Source: an uncultured Planctomycetota bacterium (lineage in GTDB: Bacteria > Planctomycetota > DG-23 > DATKVD01 > CAZVTD01). Taken from it: 54,541 nt of DNA. The translations under genes and the position numbers were made by a program. Location of the stretch: NCBI GenBank assembly GCA_964629945.1, contig CAZVTD010000002.1:1-54541 (forward strand), given 5' to 3'. The notes beneath the pieces are model-generated. The model made no database searches. It was not told the DNA's origin and was given only the letters and a program-made list of their open reading frames with translations. Of this stretch, positions 51,871 to 54,541 are shown in pieces. Within the stretch, counting starts at the first letter, position 1. Each line of letters starts with the position of its first letter.

Positions 51871-53307
51871 TCACTTCTCCTCTGCTGCCAGCGCCCCCGT
51901 GGCCCGTTCGAACCGTGCCCGGCTCATGAAATACCCCCACTGCGCTCTCACCAGTGAACCCTCCGCCCCCGCAAGTTCCGCCTCCGCATCCAGGAGGTCC
52001 GTGATCGTATTCGTCCCCGCCTCGTAGCGCTCCTGCGTCCGCCGCAGGCTCTCTTTCGCGTCGCTGACCAGCACCTGTGCCGCGGCCACCGCCTCATAGG
52101 ACTGCACCAGTTCCGAATACGCCGTCCAGACCTCGCGCCTCACCACCAGCACCTTCTGCCTTGTCTGGGCCTCTTCCTGCGACAGTTCGCTCTGCGCCCG
52201 ACTCAGCCGATGCACCCTCGCGAACCCCGTGAAGATCGGCCACTCCACCGCCGCCCCGATGGCCCAGTCGTCATCCTCGGGGAAGAACGCGTCGTCGCGA
52301 CGTCCATATAATCCCTGCGCTGTCAATCGCGGCCCAAACGCGCTCCTGGCCGCTTCCACTTCGCTCCGCTTCCCCGCGATCCGCTGGAGCGCACCCTTTA
52401 GCTCACTCCGACCGTGCAACGCCCTCACCAGCGCCTCCGCCAGGTCGATCCCCTCGGGCGACTTGATCTCCCCCGTCGCGCCCGCCAGCTCCGTCGCCAG
52501 TTCCACCGGCAGCCCCATGGCCGTGTTCAGGTTCCCCCGGCTCACGCGGACCGTGTCCTCGGCCTGCACCACCTCCAGCTTCGCCTTCGCCACGGACACT
52601 TTGGCCCTCAGCACGTCCGCTTCCACCGCCACCCCGATCTCGCGGCGTCTCTGTGCCAGTCGCTGATGGTCTTCCGCACGGGCCAGGTTGTCCTTTGCCA
52701 CGTTCCGTGCGGCCAATGCCGCCGCGTGACTGTAATATGCCTCGTGAACGTTCAACACGATGTCCTGGCGGATGCTCCACGCTTCCTCTGACGCCGCGCC
52801 CAGACCCGCCTTTGCCGCCAGCAATTTCGCCCGGCGTTCTCCGCTGTCGAACAACACGTAATGCCCGCTCATGTTCACGCTATAATCATCCAGCGGCCCC
52901 AGAATCGTCGGGATCGCAACCATTCCCCCGCCCAATCCCCCTGGAAGAAACGCGTGCGTCTTCCACCGCTTATATCCTCCGTTCAGGCTGAACTCCGGAT
53001 AATACGACGCCCGCGCCTCACCCACCCTCTCCCGGGCCGCCGCCAACCCCTGTCGCGCCGCTTCGTTCATCGGGTTCTCCGCCAGCGCGACCTTCACGCA
53101 CTCCGCCAGCGTCAATGTCTTCGACCCTTCCTCAACGCGCTTCCCCGCCTGGTCTTCTCCTGGCGCCTTCTCCATCCTCCTCGGAAGGTAATTCTCGATC
53201 GGGTCCAGCCGCGGCTCATACGTCTCCGCGCAGCCCAGTGTCCCCGCCAGAAGCGCCCCGGCCGCCACCGCCACCCACCATCCGCCCCAAACCCTCGCGC
53301 ACCTCAT
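51871..53307 (-). CDS. TolC-family outer membrane efflux protein
   Basis: Signal/lipobox-like LLAGTLGCA. Two repeated halves with the typical LTLAECVKVALAENP and RVSRGNLNTAMG patterns. Length is 478 aa. Confidence 0.85.
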   Translation of the reverse strand: MRCARVWGGWWVAVAAGALLAGTLGCAETYEPRLDPIENYLPRRMEKAPGEDQAGKRVEEGSKTLTLAECVKVALAENPMNEAARQGLAAARERVGEARASYYPEFSLNGGYKRWKTHAFLPGGLGGGMVAIPTILGPLDDYSVNMSGHYVLFDSGERRAKLLAAKAGLGAASEEAWSIRQDIVLNVHEAYYSHAAALAARNVAKDNLARAEDHQRLAQRRREIGVAVEADVLRAKVSVAKAKLEVVQAEDTVRVSRGNLNTAMGLPVELATELAGATGEIKSPEGIDLAEALVRALHGRSELKGALQRIAGKRSEVEAARSAFGPRLTAQGLYGRRDDAFFPEDDDWAIGAAVEWPIFTGFARVHRLSRAQSELSQEEAQTRQKVLVVRREVWTAYSELVQSYEAVAAAQVLVSDAKESLRRTQERYEAGTNTITDLLDAEAELAGAEGSLVRAQWGYFMSRARFERATGALAAEEK

Positions 53308-53341
53308 GCCGATCTCCTGTCCTCTGCGTTCCCGGCCCGGC

Positions 53342-54472
53342 TCAGGCCAGCGTCTTCCGGAACCGGCTCGTCGCCAGCTTCAACGTCAACACCCCCAGCA
53401 CACCCAGCGCCGCAAACTGAGGCCACAACACCCCCATTCCCACGCCCTTTAGAAAGATCCCCCGGATGATCACCAGAAAATACCTCAACGGGTTGGCATA
53501 CGTCAGCCACTGGATTACCCGGGGCATGTTCTCGATCGGGAACACGAACCCCGAAAGCAGGATCGCCGGAAACAGGAACAGGAACGTCGTCATGATCGCC
53601 TGCTGCTGCGTCCGGCTCAGGGTCGAGATCAGAAGACCGATCCCCAGGCTCGTCATCAGATATACTGCCGTCGCCCCAAGCAGAAGCAGCAGACTTCCCC
53701 GGATCGGCACCTCGAACCAGAACACCCCCACCGCCGTGATCATCAGAACGTCCGCAAAACCCACCAGCGCGAACGGCACCGTCTTCCCCAGAATGAACTC
53801 CGTCGACGTGATGGGCGTCACCAGAATCTGCTCCATCGTCCCCAGCTCTTTCTCCCGCACGATCGCCATGCTCGTCAGCATCAGCGTGATCAGCGTCACC
53901 AGGATCGCTATCACCCCCGGCACAAAAAAATTCCGGCTGATCAGGTTCTCGTTGAACCATGCCCGGCTCTTCAGCGTCACGCCTCCCGGCAGCTTTGCCG
54001 CTCCACCACTCCGCTCCAGACGCTCCACCAGCACCTGCCGCGAATACTCCGACGCGATCCCCGCCATGTACGTCAGCACGATGCTCGCCGTGTTCGAGTC
54101 CGTCCCGTCCAGGACCAGCTGCACCTGCGCCGTCCGTCCCGACCGCAGGTCGCTGCCGAATCCCCGGTTCATCCTCAGCAGTGCACGCACCGCCCCGCGG
54201 TCCACCAGTTCCTGCGCGCGCTCGTCGTCGTACACGTGCTCGGCGACGTCGAAATACCCCGAGTTCGTCATCCGCCCCACCAGTTCCCGGCTCTCCACGC
54301 TGTTGTCCAGGTCGTACACCGCCGTCGCCACGTGTCGCACGTCCGTGTTTACCGCGTACCCGAAAATGATGAGCTGAAAGATCGGCGCCACAAAAATGAC
54401 GCCCCTCATCCGCGGATCGCGGAACGTCTGAATGAACTCCTTCACCAGCATGTGCCGGATTCGTCCCAGCAT
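53342..54472 (-). CDS. ABC-2 type transporter permease
   Basis: MLGRIRHMLVKEFIQTFRDPRMRGVIFVAPIFQLIIFGYA..., a large periplasmic loop, then 5 C-terminal TM segments. This is the typical YhhJ/ABC2_membrane_3 layout. Confidence 0.85.
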   Translation of the reverse strand: MLGRIRHMLVKEFIQTFRDPRMRGVIFVAPIFQLIIFGYAVNTDVRHVATAVYDLDNSVESRELVGRMTNSGYFDVAEHVYDDERAQELVDRGAVRALLRMNRGFGSDLRSGRTAQVQLVLDGTDSNTASIVLTYMAGIASEYSRQVLVERLERSGGAAKLPGGVTLKSRAWFNENLISRNFFVPGVIAILVTLITLMLTSMAIVREKELGTMEQILVTPITSTEFILGKTVPFALVGFADVLMITAVGVFWFEVPIRGSLLLLLGATAVYLMTSLGIGLLISTLSRTQQQAIMTTFLFLFPAILLSGFVFPIENMPRVIQWLTYANPLRYFLVIIRGIFLKGVGMGVLWPQFAALGVLGVLTLKLATSRFRKTLA

Positions 54473-54488
54473 TGTCCACCTCGAAAGT

Positions 54489-54541
54489 TCACTCCAGCTT
54501 CTTCCTGAACTTCACGTTCGCCAGCACCACCATCACCACCC
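54489..54541 (-). CDS. 3' end of a second ABC-2 permease-like gene (partial; continues beyond the window)
   Basis: The reverse strand reads ...VVMVVLANVKFRKKLE* with stop at 54489-54491. The tail resembles the C-terminus of the neighbouring permease (...LATSRFRKTLA*). Confidence 0.5.
   Translation of the reverse strand, partial: VVMVVLANVKFRKKLE

Overview
High-GC (over 60% by eye), densely coding bacterial chromosome segment. The gene content (DUF1570-like protease, dockerin-like repeats, many very large secreted proteins) suggests Planctomycetota or a relative; this is inference only. I support about 40 protein genes and saw no rRNA, tRNA or CRISPR array. The many long antisense ORFs in the track are high-GC shadow ORFs.

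Layout, left to right:
(1) 1-12.5 kb: secreted wall- or protein-modifying enzymes (amidase, two transglutaminase-like proteins, M23 peptidase, HExxH protease, ThuA). This block is interrupted at 4.4-6.4 kb by a low-GC islet holding an IS200-like/RAYT tyrosine transposase, six copies of a TATGG(G)TGTCCCCA head motif with short-period CCCCA-type tails, and two small immunity-like genes.
(2) 12.2-19.0 kb: an ArsR regulator divergent from a 2094-aa secreted protein of unknown family.
(3) 19.1-27.0 kb: gltB-gltD and ygiQ.
(4) 27.2-43.0 kb, the main item: a co-directional [FeFe]-hydrogenase super-locus. It has a promoter with a perfect Rex operator, then rex, a NuoE-like subunit, a NuoF::GltD fusion and hydA. 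Embedded after these is a phosphorelay (REC, hydrogenase-like sensor fused to a histidine kinase, REC, REC-kinase) with no output domain. It ends with hydE, hydG, an aspartase-like gene and hydF.
(5) 43.1-49.6 kb: an ECF sigma operon (sigma, dockerin-type anti-sigma, cohesin-like protein, lipoprotein, VIT-vWA lipoprotein, GT39 glycosyltransferase).
(6) 49.8-54.5 kb: pgl, wrbA, slp, tolC and ABC-2 permeases.

All family assignments come from motif reading and memory. No database search was possible.
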